Source: Amphiscolops sp. MND2022 (taxonomy: Eukaryota). Taken from it: DNA of 64,000 nucleotides. The stretch lies in NCBI GenBank assembly GCA_964187785.1, contig OZ076409.1, positions 73,968,001 to 74,032,000 of the forward strand, written 5' to 3'. The position numbers and the translations under genes were made by a program. Shown here in pieces: positions 40,471-53,362 of the stretch. The notes beneath the pieces are model-generated. The model was not told where the DNA came from, did no database searches, and was given only the letters and a program-made list of their open reading frames with translations. Position 1 is the stretch's first letter. Every line of letters begins with the position of its first letter.

Positions 40471-43400
40471 GTGGGCGGGGGTAATTCCCCAACAAAAAAA
40501 TCGGCCGGCGGGTCGGGTCCTGCCGGCCGTCCAAAATCAAAATCCTCCTAGTAGAAAACGGCCGGTCAAACGAGCTATTTTTTTATTTAACCGTTAGAAT
40601 TTGGGTTTAGATTGCATGCGGCCATGAAATGGCCATACGAATGGAAGTTCCTGCTGACGTTTTGCGATTGAAACACTTTATAAAAAGTTATGGCCAATTT
40701 GTCATTCACCTAGAAGGGCAAAATGAGGAAAATTTTAACAAAGTCACTGATAACTCAAAATGTAATAATTTTTGGACTTTGACAGTGAAACAAGCTTGGA
40801 ACTGTCATTTCGTGGCTGTGGCATTGCACTGAACACAAAAGATGTAAAGTTTTCACATTTTTTGAAAATTCGACATTTTTGAATTTTTTTTCACTACTAT
40901 CAGTACACTATATGTCAAAAACGCCTCTGAAAAAAATTTTTATTTGCTTAAAATTAGAAACCTTGGTATCCATGGTTTCCGTCAGTACCTACTCGCTGCC
41001 AAACGCTCAACAGTTTGCATCCAATGTGAAAATATAATTTTTTTCGAGGTCATAGGTGTTTCACAAGGATTTCTCAACTTAGTATCTATTTACAAATTGG
41101 TCATTTTGAACACATTATTTTCATCGAAGCGTGTCAGATACCACCCTAATGCTCACGAATGGGCCTACTGGCAACGTTGGAACCATTTTTAGTAATAGAA
41201 AGTATTAAAAAAATATTTTCACCCGGTCTTCAGTCATTTTTCAGACATTCGGTACTTAACTTAGAAAAATTTCGCATCAAAAACCCATATTTGTAGGGTC
41301 GAAATTTGAAATTCAGTTTTTTATGCAAAATTATTAACTCTGACGTAACCAGTGGAGCCCATGATACTCAAAAACACGATTGGGACTGGTATCAGTGGCT
41401 CCAATAACATATGAGCCGCGATAAGACGTTATTCAGAGCAAACGCTCTAAATCGAAGTAAACATCTCTGAAGCCTGGGATCACAGTGAAATGTGATATCA
41501 CCAAAAGTTTACTCTTTTTTGTCAATCACTATGTACACAGAGTGCGTAGGGTGAGTTTCAGGACTAGAATGAGGTTTTTGAAGTAATCGCGCTGCTCAAG
41601 GGGTGGTATGAGACTATTTTTTCCCATATACTACTACATTTCCATAAATTTGCAGTCCATTGTCTTGGAAAGATAACTTCACAAAAACAATTTTTCTACT
41701 CTATTCAGTTATTAGAATAAAGTTGAACACTGTGGTTGATCAGAAATGCTCAATTCTTTTAGTTTTTAAAAAAAATCCTTCGCATTCGTTACATTTGTGG
41801 AAGGAAGGTTATCAGTAGCTCCAAAAAAAAACGAAATTTAGCACGAACAGACATGCAACGATGCAAAGCAAAAACGTTTTTACAACTTCCGACGTCATTA
41901 TTTTACCCAAGAAGTTCGGAAATATCATTCGCAATGCTGTCATTCGCTATATATACGATCGCGGTCAATTTACAAACATTTAGATTTCATTGTTCTGCTT
42001 GAAAACCAATTTTTGTCAGGTCGAAATTTTAAATTTTGCCTGGGGAGCAATACCCTTCACGCTGAAGTAAACAGTGGGGCCCAAGTTACTCAAAAACAAG
42101 AAAGAGACTGCTACAATATGTCCTAATAACATATGGACCACGATAGTACGTTTTTCACACAAAAAACTCTCATCCGAAGTAAATATGTTGAAAGCTTTTA
42201 ATCACCGTGAGAAGTGATTTCATCAAAAAATAACTCTTTTTTGTCAATCACTATTTACACAGAATTTGTAAAGTTAGTTTGAGTCATGAAATGAGGCTTT
42301 ACCGTAATATGGGTTGCTCAAGGTGTTATATAAGACAAAAACTTCCTCTTTTCTACTAGCTTCTTCAAATATTTCAACCCTTTGTCACAATAAGTTAATA
42401 TTCAAAATCTCTTTGAAATGTATCTTTATGTTGGGGTGAAGTCTAAGAACAATAACTATGATCGAAGAATGCTAGTACTGGTGTTTGAACCATGTCCGGA
42501 TGAACAAATCACAAAATCATCAAAAAATTGTTCCCTTTTTTGGTTATTTTGGCAGTACTAAAAATGTTAGCCGATAAATAATTTTTTCGATGGCACCATT
42601 GGATTCCTCTCAAAAAGTTGGTTATATGACCTGTGTAATAACCCCGTATCTTTTCAATTTAAATATATTTAAAAAGCCAACTATTTTGACCAAAATCCTA
42701 AAAATCATACCATTTCCTATAAATTTTCAAATGCACCCCATTTGACGTATAAGATAAGCACAGAAAACTATCATATACCGATCAACTCTACTCCTATTGT
42801 AGATTATTAGAATTTTGTTTAGAATGAATTTTGATGAATATTAAAAAAATTTTGAACCCTCCAAAAATGGGCCAAAATTACACGAAAAAATTGACCTTAA
42901 AATACCAAAATGTCAAAAAATCATCAAAACCCAGGCTTCTTGGGGTTCTATCAACTCCGCGTGGTCCACAGAGTATGCTAAAACAGGTTTTACCCGTTTT
43001 TGAGCAATATGTGAAAAAGCCGACATTTTTGGGAAAGAAAAACATACCATTTCCTAAAAAAATTCAAATGCACGTCATTTGCCGTATTAGAATAGCACAG
43101 AAAACTATCACATACCAATCAACTCTACTTTCATTGCAGATGAACAGAATTTTGTTTAGAATAAATTTTACCGGATAATAAAAAAATTTGAATCCTTCAA
43201 AAATGGGCCAAAAATACACGAAAAAATGGACCTTAAAAATTTAAAATGTCAAAAAATCATCAAAACAACAGCTTCTTGGGGTTCTATCAACTCCACGAGG
43301 TCCACAGAGTATGCTAAAACAGGTTTTACCCGTTTTTGAGCAATATGTGAAAAAGCCGACATTTTTGGGAAAGAAAAACATACCATTTCCTAAAAAAATT

Positions 43401-45232
43401 CAAATGCACGCCATTTGCCGTATGAAAATAGCACAGAAAACTATCACATACCAATCAACTCTACTTTCATTGCAGATGAACAGAATTTTGTTTAGAATAA
43501 ACTTTACCGGATAAGAAAAAAATTTGATTCCTTCTAAAATGGGCCAAAATTACACGAAAAAATGGACCTTAAAATTTTAAAATGTCAAAAAATCATCAAA
43601 ACCACGGCTTCTTGGGGTTCTATCAACTCCACGTGGTCCACAGAGTATGCTTAACCCGGTTTTACCCATCTTTGAGCAAAATGTGAAAATACCGACATTT
43701 TTGGAAAAGAAAAACATGCCATTTTCTAATAAATTTCAAATGCACGCCATTTGCTGTATGAGAATAACACAGAAAGCTGTCACATACCGATCAACTCTAC
43801 TTCCATTGTAGATTATCAGAAGTTTGTTTAGAATAAATTTTGAAGGATAATAAAAAAATTTGAATCCATCAAAAATGGGCCAAAATTACACGAAAAAATT
43901 GACCTTAAAATATCAAAATGTCAAAAAATCATCAAAACCACAATTTCTTGGCATTCTATCAACTCCATATGATACCAAACCAGGTACTGCCAATCGTTTG
44001 AGTTATAATAAAAAAACGTCTTTTTTGGCAAGAATTCCATACCATAAATAATAATCATGTTCCATATAAGAAGCGAATCATTTCAGATATATACCCTGTT
44101 CATTTTTTTAATATTACCGATTATTAATTTAATAGATGTTTTGAATGTGAGCTTCCTAAAAGGTTCAGGTGTGATGATACGTAAATAGAACCTTAGTTTC
44201 ATCGAAATCTCAATTGAATATGTCCAATCTTAACCATCAGATAACAAGAAACACTTAAGTACATTCCATCTCCCCATCGGGGGAGATGAGAATGTACTTT
44301 CGAGAAGCCAAATACGTCCAACATTCAAACTTTTGTAACTTTGTATGTAACTCCTGAAACGAAGAAGGAATAAAATTGTTTCTGGTACATACATGAGTCT
44401 TTACTTCAGCTTCTATTTCTGCTGAACAAAACCATTCGACTCTTTTGCCGGAGTTAAGATCGATTGTATTACCCAGTGAACAAAGGCATGACTGAAAACG
44501 TTTACTACTTTGTTCATAATTTTCCGGCCTTCCGAAATGATGAAACGTCCACATAACTAAGATAGCAAGTGAATGACTGCGAAATGCACCTTATTAGATG
44601 AGGTAAATAACGTGTAAAACTCTCCTTTATCCTAACATGAGGTTGAGTAATGATCATTTGAGAATAGTTTGATATGTGAATACAATAGTATAAAACAAGT
44701 ACATTTTATATGAATAACGCCGTGGAAAGCGTTCAGAAAGGACAGTAGGCTTGTTTGGAACATGTATGTGTGGTGTCCCTTGGTGGCGTTCGCTTAGTGT
44801 ATATGTCGAGGGGTATTCGAGTTGTTATGATAGAATTTACACACAAGTCTTTTGTTTTTTGGTTTTTTTTAAAATGTCGTTAAGTACCTGCATTCTATCC
44901 CCTTCTCAGAGATGACGTGAAGTTACGTTTGCTAAATAAATGTCATCGAAAGATCACACTCCCGACGAAATTAACTATCTTAACACGTGTTTAGAATTTT
45001 AAATAAACAACCGTATAAGATTTTTATATTTCATTGAGTTTGATGAAGTCTTTTGTTCTTCTCACTACTATTTCAACCAATACACATATCCGTTACCATA
45101 TCACATGTCTCCATTAGTACAACGCCACATAGCGTTCCGACGCCCACAGTCTGTGGGCATGCCGAGGCATGCCCTTCGACGACGTATGGCAAATGGAGCC
45201 ATGCCCGCCGTCTTTACGGCGGTAGCGGCTAG
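40471..45232 (+). mobile_element. Unit 14, 4762 bp, most diverged 4.76-kb class member
   Basis: Many substitutions relative to unit 2 but the same length. H1 at ~44257-44299, terminal hairpin CCGCCGT-cttt-ACGGCGG, core 45155-45174, CTAG 45229-45232. Confidence 0.75.
42706..44040. repeat. Internal tandem repeat, ~4 x 336 bp (unit 14)
   Basis: Diverged monomers, same copy number. End approximate. Confidence 0.85.
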
Positions 45233-47220
45233 GTGGGCGGGGGTAATTCCCCAACAAAAATTACGGCCGGCGGGTTGGGTCCTGCCGGACGTTCAAATAG
45301 CGCGAAGCATCTAGTAGAAAACAAGGAGTCCTGAAACAGCGATTTTAAAATTGAACCGTTAGAATTTGGTTTTAGATTGCATGCGGCCCTAAAATCCCCA
45401 TACGAATGGAAGTTCCTGCTGGCGTTAAGCGATTGAAATAATATATAAAAAGTTATGGCCCATTTTTGGGTCATCGAGAAGGTCAAAATGAGGAAAATTT
45501 TAACTAAGTTGCTGATAACTCAAAATGTGTTAATTTTTGGACTTTGACTGTGAAACAAGCTTGGAACCTTCATTTCGTGGCTGTGGCATTGCACTGAACA
45601 CAAATGATGTAAAGTTTTCACATTTTTTGAAAATTCGACATTTTTGAATTTTTTTCACTACTATCAGTACACTATATGTCAAAAACACCTCTGAAAAAAT
45701 TTTTTATTTGCTTAAAATTGGAAACCTTGGTATCCATGGTTTCTGTCGGAACCTACTCGCTGCCAAACACCCAACAGTTTGCATCCAATGTGAATTTAAA
45801 ATTTTTTTCGAGGTCATAAGTGTTTCACAAGGTTTTCATAACTTAGTATTAAACTACAAACTGGTCATTTTCAACATAATATCTTTGTCGAGGCATGTCG
45901 GATATAGTCCTATTGCTCACGAACGGTCCTACTGGCAACGTAATAACCATTTATAGAAATGTAAAGTTATAAAAAAAATTTTCACCCGGTCTTCAGTCAT
46001 TTTTCAGTCATTCGGAACTTAACTTAGAAAAATTTCGACCAAAATATCCATTTTTTGTCAGGTCGAAAAATCAAATTCAGATTTTTAAGCAAAATTATTA
46101 ACTCTGACGTAACCCATGGGGCCCATGATACTCAAAACAACGATTGACACTGGTATCAATGGCTCCAATAGCATATGAGTCGCGATAAGACGTTATTTTG
46201 AGCATTACGTCTCAATTGAGGTAAAGATCTCGCAAGCCAGTGATCACTGTGAAATGTGATTTCATCAAAAATTTACTCTTTTTTGTCAATCACTATGTGC
46301 ACAGAATGCGTAGGGTGCGTTTCAGCACTATAATGAGGTTTTTGAAGGCATCGAGTTGCTCAAGGGGTGGTATGAGACATTTTTGTCCCATATACTACTG
46401 TATTTTCCAAAATTTTTAGCCCAAAATCTGCAAATACAAACTTGACAAAATACTTTCAACTACTTTATTCAAAGGTTACAATATAGATGAACACTGTGGT
46501 TGATCAGAAACTTTCATCTCTTTCGTTTTCCGAAATATTTCCCTTCGCATGTGTAACATTCGTAGCAGAAAAAAAAATCGAAACTGAAAAATACGCAATT
46601 TTGCTAGAATAGAAACGCAATGATTGTGCCTAAAAACTCTTTAAACACTTCTAACGCAACCTTACGCACCCAAAATGATCGAAAATGCTATTCACAATGG
46701 TGACATGTGCTCTTTCTACGATCCTGGCTGGACAAGGTTTGCATATTTTTCAAGTACCTGTCAGCTAAATCTTGTGATAGCCTTTTCAGTTGGCCTTGTG
46801 TCAACTTGGGAAGGCTATCACATCAAAAAACCATCAACAAAAATAATTTTTGTTTATTGGATCTTACAGTCGATACTTTTTTTCGTGATTCTTTACTACC
46901 ATTAGTATATTTCATCAGGTCACCTTACAATTGCATTCAGTCTTTGATAAAAACCTATGAACTCAAAGTCACATTTATATATTTTTTTGCCAGAAAATAA
47001 CATCAAAAATATCTAAAATATATAAAATAGAGTCTTTAACATTTTTACGTTTCAAGTTTTTGCCGTTATTAGGCCAATCAACGTCCTAGAGCCACATCCT
47101 GCCACATACTGTACAACGCCACATAGTGTTGCGACGTGCACAGTCTGTGGGCATGCCGAGGCATGCCCTTCGACGACGTATGCCGAATACCGCGGGCCTA
47201 CGCCCGCGCTCCCCGGCTAG
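45233..47220 (+). mobile_element. Unit 15, 1988 bp, ~2-kb class
   Basis: Core 47149-47168, CTAG 47217-47220. Confidence 0.75.
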
Positions 47221-50200
47221 GTGGTCAGTGCTGTTGCGTTCATTTTTTTCCGGCCGTGGGGGAGGGCCCCTCTGAGGCCGGTCATTTTTCAGGTAACAGC
47301 TTTCTTATACAAAAAAGCGGGAAAAAACCTCAGTGCTCAAATCCCAACCGTCAGAATGAGCTGAAATTTGGCATGTAGCTAGTGCATTGCAAATGATTAG
47401 GATGGGTTATAACGCTATGTTTGGCAAAATTGGTTTTGTTGCATTTTTTTTGTCATATAGGGCCAAAAATGGCCTTTTTTGCGTATTTTTTGCTTGACTA
47501 GCTAATAACTCGCGTTGGGTTGGTACTAGCGATACGGGTGTGGGGTATGGAATTGTAAGAATACCAAGTACCTTGCTGATCACGTTATTTGATTTCCGCC
47601 CACATCACCCCCCACGCCGGAAATGCCCAATTTGTCACTTCCGGTCGCAATTTTTGACTTTTTTGGATGGAGTCAAAACCCATTTCCGGTGTGAAGGAGT
47701 GGGTTGAGCGCTTCGACCCCAATATACTAAAAGTAGGTTTAGACAAAGTCCTATTAGGAAAAAAGTAATGTAAGCCCGTACCTATCACCCCCTCACCGGA
47801 AATAGGGGTCACGCCTCCTTTTTCTGTGTTGCAAAAGTGACATGTGCACATTTGTCCAACTCCGAAGCCCCGGAGCACTGTGGGACCCTTATACTTTCTA
47901 AACACCTATCCCACACGCTACCGGAAGTGACCGGAAGTTTCACCGGAAATGACATCCTCGGACCGGAAATGGTCAAAAAATGACTTTTTTAATGCAAAAT
48001 AGACACAATTGGTGCGATTTTTAGGCAAAAAGCATAATTCGTGATACGCTTGTTGCAGTTGAAAGGGCCATTGTTCAGCAAGAATGCATACAGCATTACG
48101 TAGCACATCAAGTGGTTGATAATTTTTCGTCCATAATATCCATAGGACCGGAAATGGCCATTTTTGAATCGGAAATTTCTTCAGCTTGACTTTTAACAAG
48201 TTTTTCCACAATATTAGTGTAGGAATTGCTCGTCGGATGCTTTAGGTCTATTTTAAAACTAGCTGACTGCTTCTTAGAAATGTATTTCAGAAATCCCAAC
48301 CAATTCCAGATTACCGGAAATGGGAGTAATTGCCTCCTTTATGACCTTTGAATGATAAATTGTTAAAATCCGCAAATTATTTTATTCCACAACTGTTGCT
48401 CAGGTTATATCTAAGCAATAACATCTGCTTGTTTTGAAGTGCTGTATTGTGGGAGATACAAATATTGCTTTTTAATAGTAATACATACGTGATATTCGCC
48501 GCAATAAAGATTTTTCAAATCAACCATTTTGAAGTCCTACTGGTGTTCCGCACACCCGAAATAATTTAAGTTTCTAGTTTCGATTTTCAGGCTTCCGCGA
48601 CTATTGAGTTGAGATGATAGTTTTCACGTTCTCTGCAAAACGGGCATTTCATTGTGTATGTGACATTTATTGGGTTGTTTCACATGGTAATTCAAAACTA
48701 ATTGATCATACAATTTAGAACAATTGAAAATTTTCAATTGAACAATAAATGTTTTAATAATTTCTCTTTCGTTAAAGATACTCTTTTGTGGCCATTAGAA
48801 CAGGTTGAATTGGTTGAATAAGTAACCAGTGCGTTACATCGTTTATTACATAGCGTTTGACATCGTTTTCTTGCGAACAAAGACAAGCATGATTTGTTGG
48901 AAGTTTTTACCATATCGCTTCAAATCGATCGTGACAAACAATGAATTTCTCGTTTTAATTGCTACTTCGAAAGCAGCCTGAAAACGCAAATCGATCTATT
49001 GAGTTATGGAGATGCAACTAAGCATTTCAAGTCTGGGTTTCAATTTAATTCTATCACTCCGGACTATTTTTATGTCGCAAAAGTGATAAAGGGTGTTAGC
49101 AAGGTTAAAAACATCGAACAATTTTAAAAATAATGCCTCCGGAAAGGGAAGAAAAATGAGTTTTCCTGTCCAAACAATGATAACCACGTACGAAACATCA
49201 AGTATTTGTATTGTTCAATAGTCCAAAACATGAATGAAGTTTTTAAATATCCAAGAGTTTCTAATCAAGCATGCGTTTCAAATGTCTCACAGGGCAGCAT
49301 CGTTTTCAAAAAACAGTGCTTTCAATGTGGTTTCATACCAGCAAAACGAACGCAGGCACAACCACATTCTCAAAATTCTTGCACAACAACCAATTTCTTT
49401 GAAAATCCTATTTGATTCCTCAAGGTATATGGTGAGAACCCTGTTGGGTTCCAAAGTTGATGTGCTGTTTTCTTGGGTTTGCGAGATAAGTTACAACGGA
49501 AATCTGAAAGCAGGTCGTCTCAATAAAATACCTGTTGCTCTTTAAACGATTGGACTTAAGTAGTCGAAATTTCTTCTCAGACACTTTCGATCAGAGAATG
49601 TTTGAGTCCTAACGTTCGAATCAGGTTGGTTTCAGGTGGCTCGAAGTGCCAGCTGAACCAACCTTTCAAATAAAGAAAAACCCCACACCTCCCTTCATGC
49701 CACGCTACCCCGTATAGCGTTTCAACTTGACAGAAAGTGGAACGTTTGATTTTGGCGTCGCTTGGGATTGACACACCAGTGTTGATACTATATTTGGCAA
49801 AGAGAAATCGCAGAAATGATTGTTTCTGTTTTTTCCTTTGATTTAGTGTGTCGAGCGTACAAAGCAGTTTGGGAAACTAACTTGCATTTCCACTGAACGA
49901 AAAGCAAAAGTAGTAACATTGAAAACTTCCGGAATAAATTTAATCAGGTTTCCGTATTTGTGAGATCAGCTGCCACTCAGTTATCAGTTACATCTTTCAA
50001 ATTTTTAAGAACAACTAATCAAACTTTGCTCGACTCTCTTGGATAAGGCAACAATAGTTTACTAATCTGTACTCGTGGAAAAAAGTCAACTGCCGGGTCA
50101 AAAACAATCTGTATGTAACTTTTCTCTCGTGCAAAGTTATTTTTTACCCCCTCTGACTCAACTATAGCATGTACGTAATGAAACCAATAACACCTTCAAC

Positions 50201-50292
50201 TGTTAATCAACGCCCACCGTCCGTAGGCATGCCGAGGCATGCCTTTCGACGACGCGCGCCAAAAACAATATAACGGCGCCACCTGCTTCTGG
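47221..50292 (+). mobile_element. Unit 16, 3072 bp, ~3.07-kb class, distinct family
   Basis: Starts GTGGTCAGTG. CCGGAA(G/A)T clusters, H3 hairpin 49623-49664, core 50225-50244, ends CTGG 50289-50292. Confidence 0.7.
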
Positions 50293-53200
50293 GTGGTCAG
50301 TGCTGTTGCGTTCATTTTTTTCCGGCCGTGGGGGAGGGCCCCTCTGAGGCCGGTCATTTTTCAGGTAACAGCTTTCTTATACAAAAAAGCGGGAAAAAAC
50401 CTCAGTGCTCAAATCCCAACCGTCAGAATGAGCTGAAATTTGGCATGTAGCTAGTGCATTGCAAATGATTAGGATGGGTTATAACGCTATGTTTGGCAAA
50501 ATTGGTTTTGTTGCATTTTTTTGTCATATAGGGCCAAAAATGGCCTTTTTTGCGTATTTTTTGCTTGACAAGCTAATAGCTCGCGTTGGGTTGGTACTAG
50601 CGATACGGGTGTGGGGTATGGAATTGAAAGATTACCAAGTACCTTGCTGATGATGTTATTTGATTTCCGCTCACATCACCCCCCACGCCGGAAATGCCCA
50701 ATTTGTCACTTCCGGTCGCTATTTTTGACTTTTTTGGATGGAGTTAAAACCCATTTCCGGTGTGAAGGAGTAGGTTGAGCGCTCCAACCACGATTTACTA
50801 AAAGTAGGTTTAGACAAAGTCCTTTCAAGAAAAAAGTAATATGAGCCCGTACCTATCACCCGCTCACCGGAAATAGGGGTCACGCCTCCTTTTTCTGTGT
50901 TGCAAAAGTGACATGTGCACATTTGTCCAACTCCGAAGCCCCGGAGCACCGTGGGACCCTTATACTTTCTAAACACCTATCCCACACGCTACCGGAAGTG
51001 ACCGGAAGTTTCACCGGAAATGACATCCTTGGACCGGAAATGGTCAAAAAATGACTTTTCAATGCAAAATAGACACATTTGGTGCGATTTTTAGGCAAAA
51101 AGCATAGTTCGTGAAACGCTTGTTGCAGTTGGAAGGGCCATTGTTCAGCAAGAATGCGTACAGCATTACGTAGCACATCAAGTAGTTGATACTTTTTCGT
51201 CCATAATATCCTTAGGACCGGAAATGGCCATTTTTGAATCGGAAACTTCTTCAGCTTGATTTTTAACAGGTTTTTCCGCAATATTAGCGTAGGAATTGCT
51301 CGTCGGATGCTGTAGGTCTATTTTAAAACTAGCTAACTGCTTCTTAGAAATGTATTTCAGAAGTCCCAACCAATTCCAGAATACCGGAAATAAGAGTAAT
51401 TGCCTCCTTTATGACCTTTGAATAATAAATTGTTAAAATCCGCATATTATTTTTTTCCACACTTGTTGCTGAGATTATATCTAAGCAATAACATGTGCTT
51501 GTCATGAAGTGCTGTAATGTGGGAGTTACGAATATTGCTATTTAAGAGTATTACATACGTGAATATCCGCCGTAATAAAGATTTTTTAAAACAACCACTT
51601 TTGAAGTCCTATAGATTGTCCGCACACCCGAAACAATTCAAGTTTCTAGTTTCGATTTTAAGGCTTCCGCGACTATTTAGTTGAGATGATAGTTTTCACG
51701 TTCTCTGCAAAACGTGCATTTCATTGTGTTTTTGACATTTATTGGGCTGTTTCACATTGTAATTCAAAACTAATTGATCATACAATTTGGAACAATTGAA
51801 AATTTTCAATTGAACATTAAATGTTTTAATAGTTTCTCTTTCGTTGAAGATACTATTTTGTGGCCATTAGAACAGGTTGAATTAGTTGAATAAGTAGCCA
51901 GTGCGATACATCGTTTAATACATAGCGTTTGACATCGGTTTTTTTGCGAACAAAGACAAGCATGATTTGTTGAAAGTTTTTACCATATCGCTTCAAATCG
52001 GGTGTGACAAACAAGGAATTTCTCGTTTTATGTGCTACTCCGAAAGCAACCTGAAAACGCAAATCGATCTATTGAATTATCGAGATGAAACTAAGCATTT
52101 CAAGTCTGGATTTCAATTTAATTCTATCACTCCGGTCTATTTTTATGTCGCAAGAGTGATAAAGCGTGTTAGCAAGGTTAAACACATCGAACAATTTTAA
52201 TAATAAAGCCTCCGGAAAGGGAAGAAAAAATGAGTTTTCCTGTCAAAACTATGATAACCACGTACGAAACATCAAGTTTTTGTATTGTTCAATAGTCCAA
52301 AACGTGAATGAAGTTTTTAAATATCCAAGCGTTTCTAATCAAGCATGCGTTTCAAATGTCTGACAGGGCAGCATCGTTCTCAAAAAACATTGCTTTCAAT
52401 GTGGTTTGATACCAGCAAAACGAACGTAGGCACAACCAGATTCTCAAATTTCTTGCAAAACAGCCGATTTCTTTGAAAATCCTAATTGATTTCACAGGGT
52501 ATATGGTGAAACCCTGTTGGATTCCAAAAATGAAAAGCTGATTTCTTGGGTTTGCGAGATAAAAGACAACGGGAATCTGAAAGCAAGTCATCTCAATAAA
52601 ATACCTGTTGCTCTTTAAACAAATGGACTTTAGTAGTCGAAATTTTTTCTCAGATACTTTCGATCAGAGAATGTTTGAGTCCTAACGTTCGAATCAGGTT
52701 GGTTTCAGGTGGCTCGAAGTGCCAGCTGAACCAACCTTTCAAATAAAGAAAAACCCCACATCTCCCTTCATGCCACGCTACCCCGTATAGCGTTTCAACT
52801 TGACAGAAGTTGGAACGTTTGATTTTGGCGTCGCTTGGGATTGACACACCAGTGTTGATACTAAATTTGGCAAAGAGAAATCGCAGAAATGATTGTTTCT
52901 TTTTTTCCCTTTGATTTAGTCTGTCGAGCGTACAAAGCAGTTTGGGAAACTAACTTGCATTTCCACTGAACGAAAAAAAGTAGTAGCCTTGCAAACTCCT
53001 GGAAAAAATTGAATCAGGTTTTCCTATTTGTGAGATCAGCTGTCACTCAATTATCAATTACTTTTTTAAAAATTTTTAGGAACAACTAACCTAACTCTGC
53101 TCGACTCTCTTGAATAATGCAACAATCGTTTACTGATCTGTACTCGTGAGAAAAAAATCAACTGCAGGTCCAAAAACAATCTATATATCTTTGGTTTATT

Positions 53201-53362
53201 CCGTGCAAAGCTTTTTTTCACACCATGTGACTCAACTATTACATGTATGTAATGAAACCAATAACACCTTCAACTATCAACGCCCACCGTCCGTAGGCAT
53301 GCCGAGGCATGCCTTTCGACGACGCGCGCCGGAAACAATCTAACGGCGCCACCCGCTTCTGG
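50293..53362 (+). mobile_element. Unit 17, 3070 bp, ~3.07-kb class
   Basis: Paralog of unit 16. H3 at 52696-52737, core 53295-53314, CTGG 53359-53362. Confidence 0.7.

Noticed and set aside
49577..49774. 65-aa minus-strand ORF intact in all three 3-kb units
   Set aside because: It has a non-ATG start and no recognisable motif, and its conservation is explained by overlap with the H3 block. A dN/dS test on more copies would settle it.
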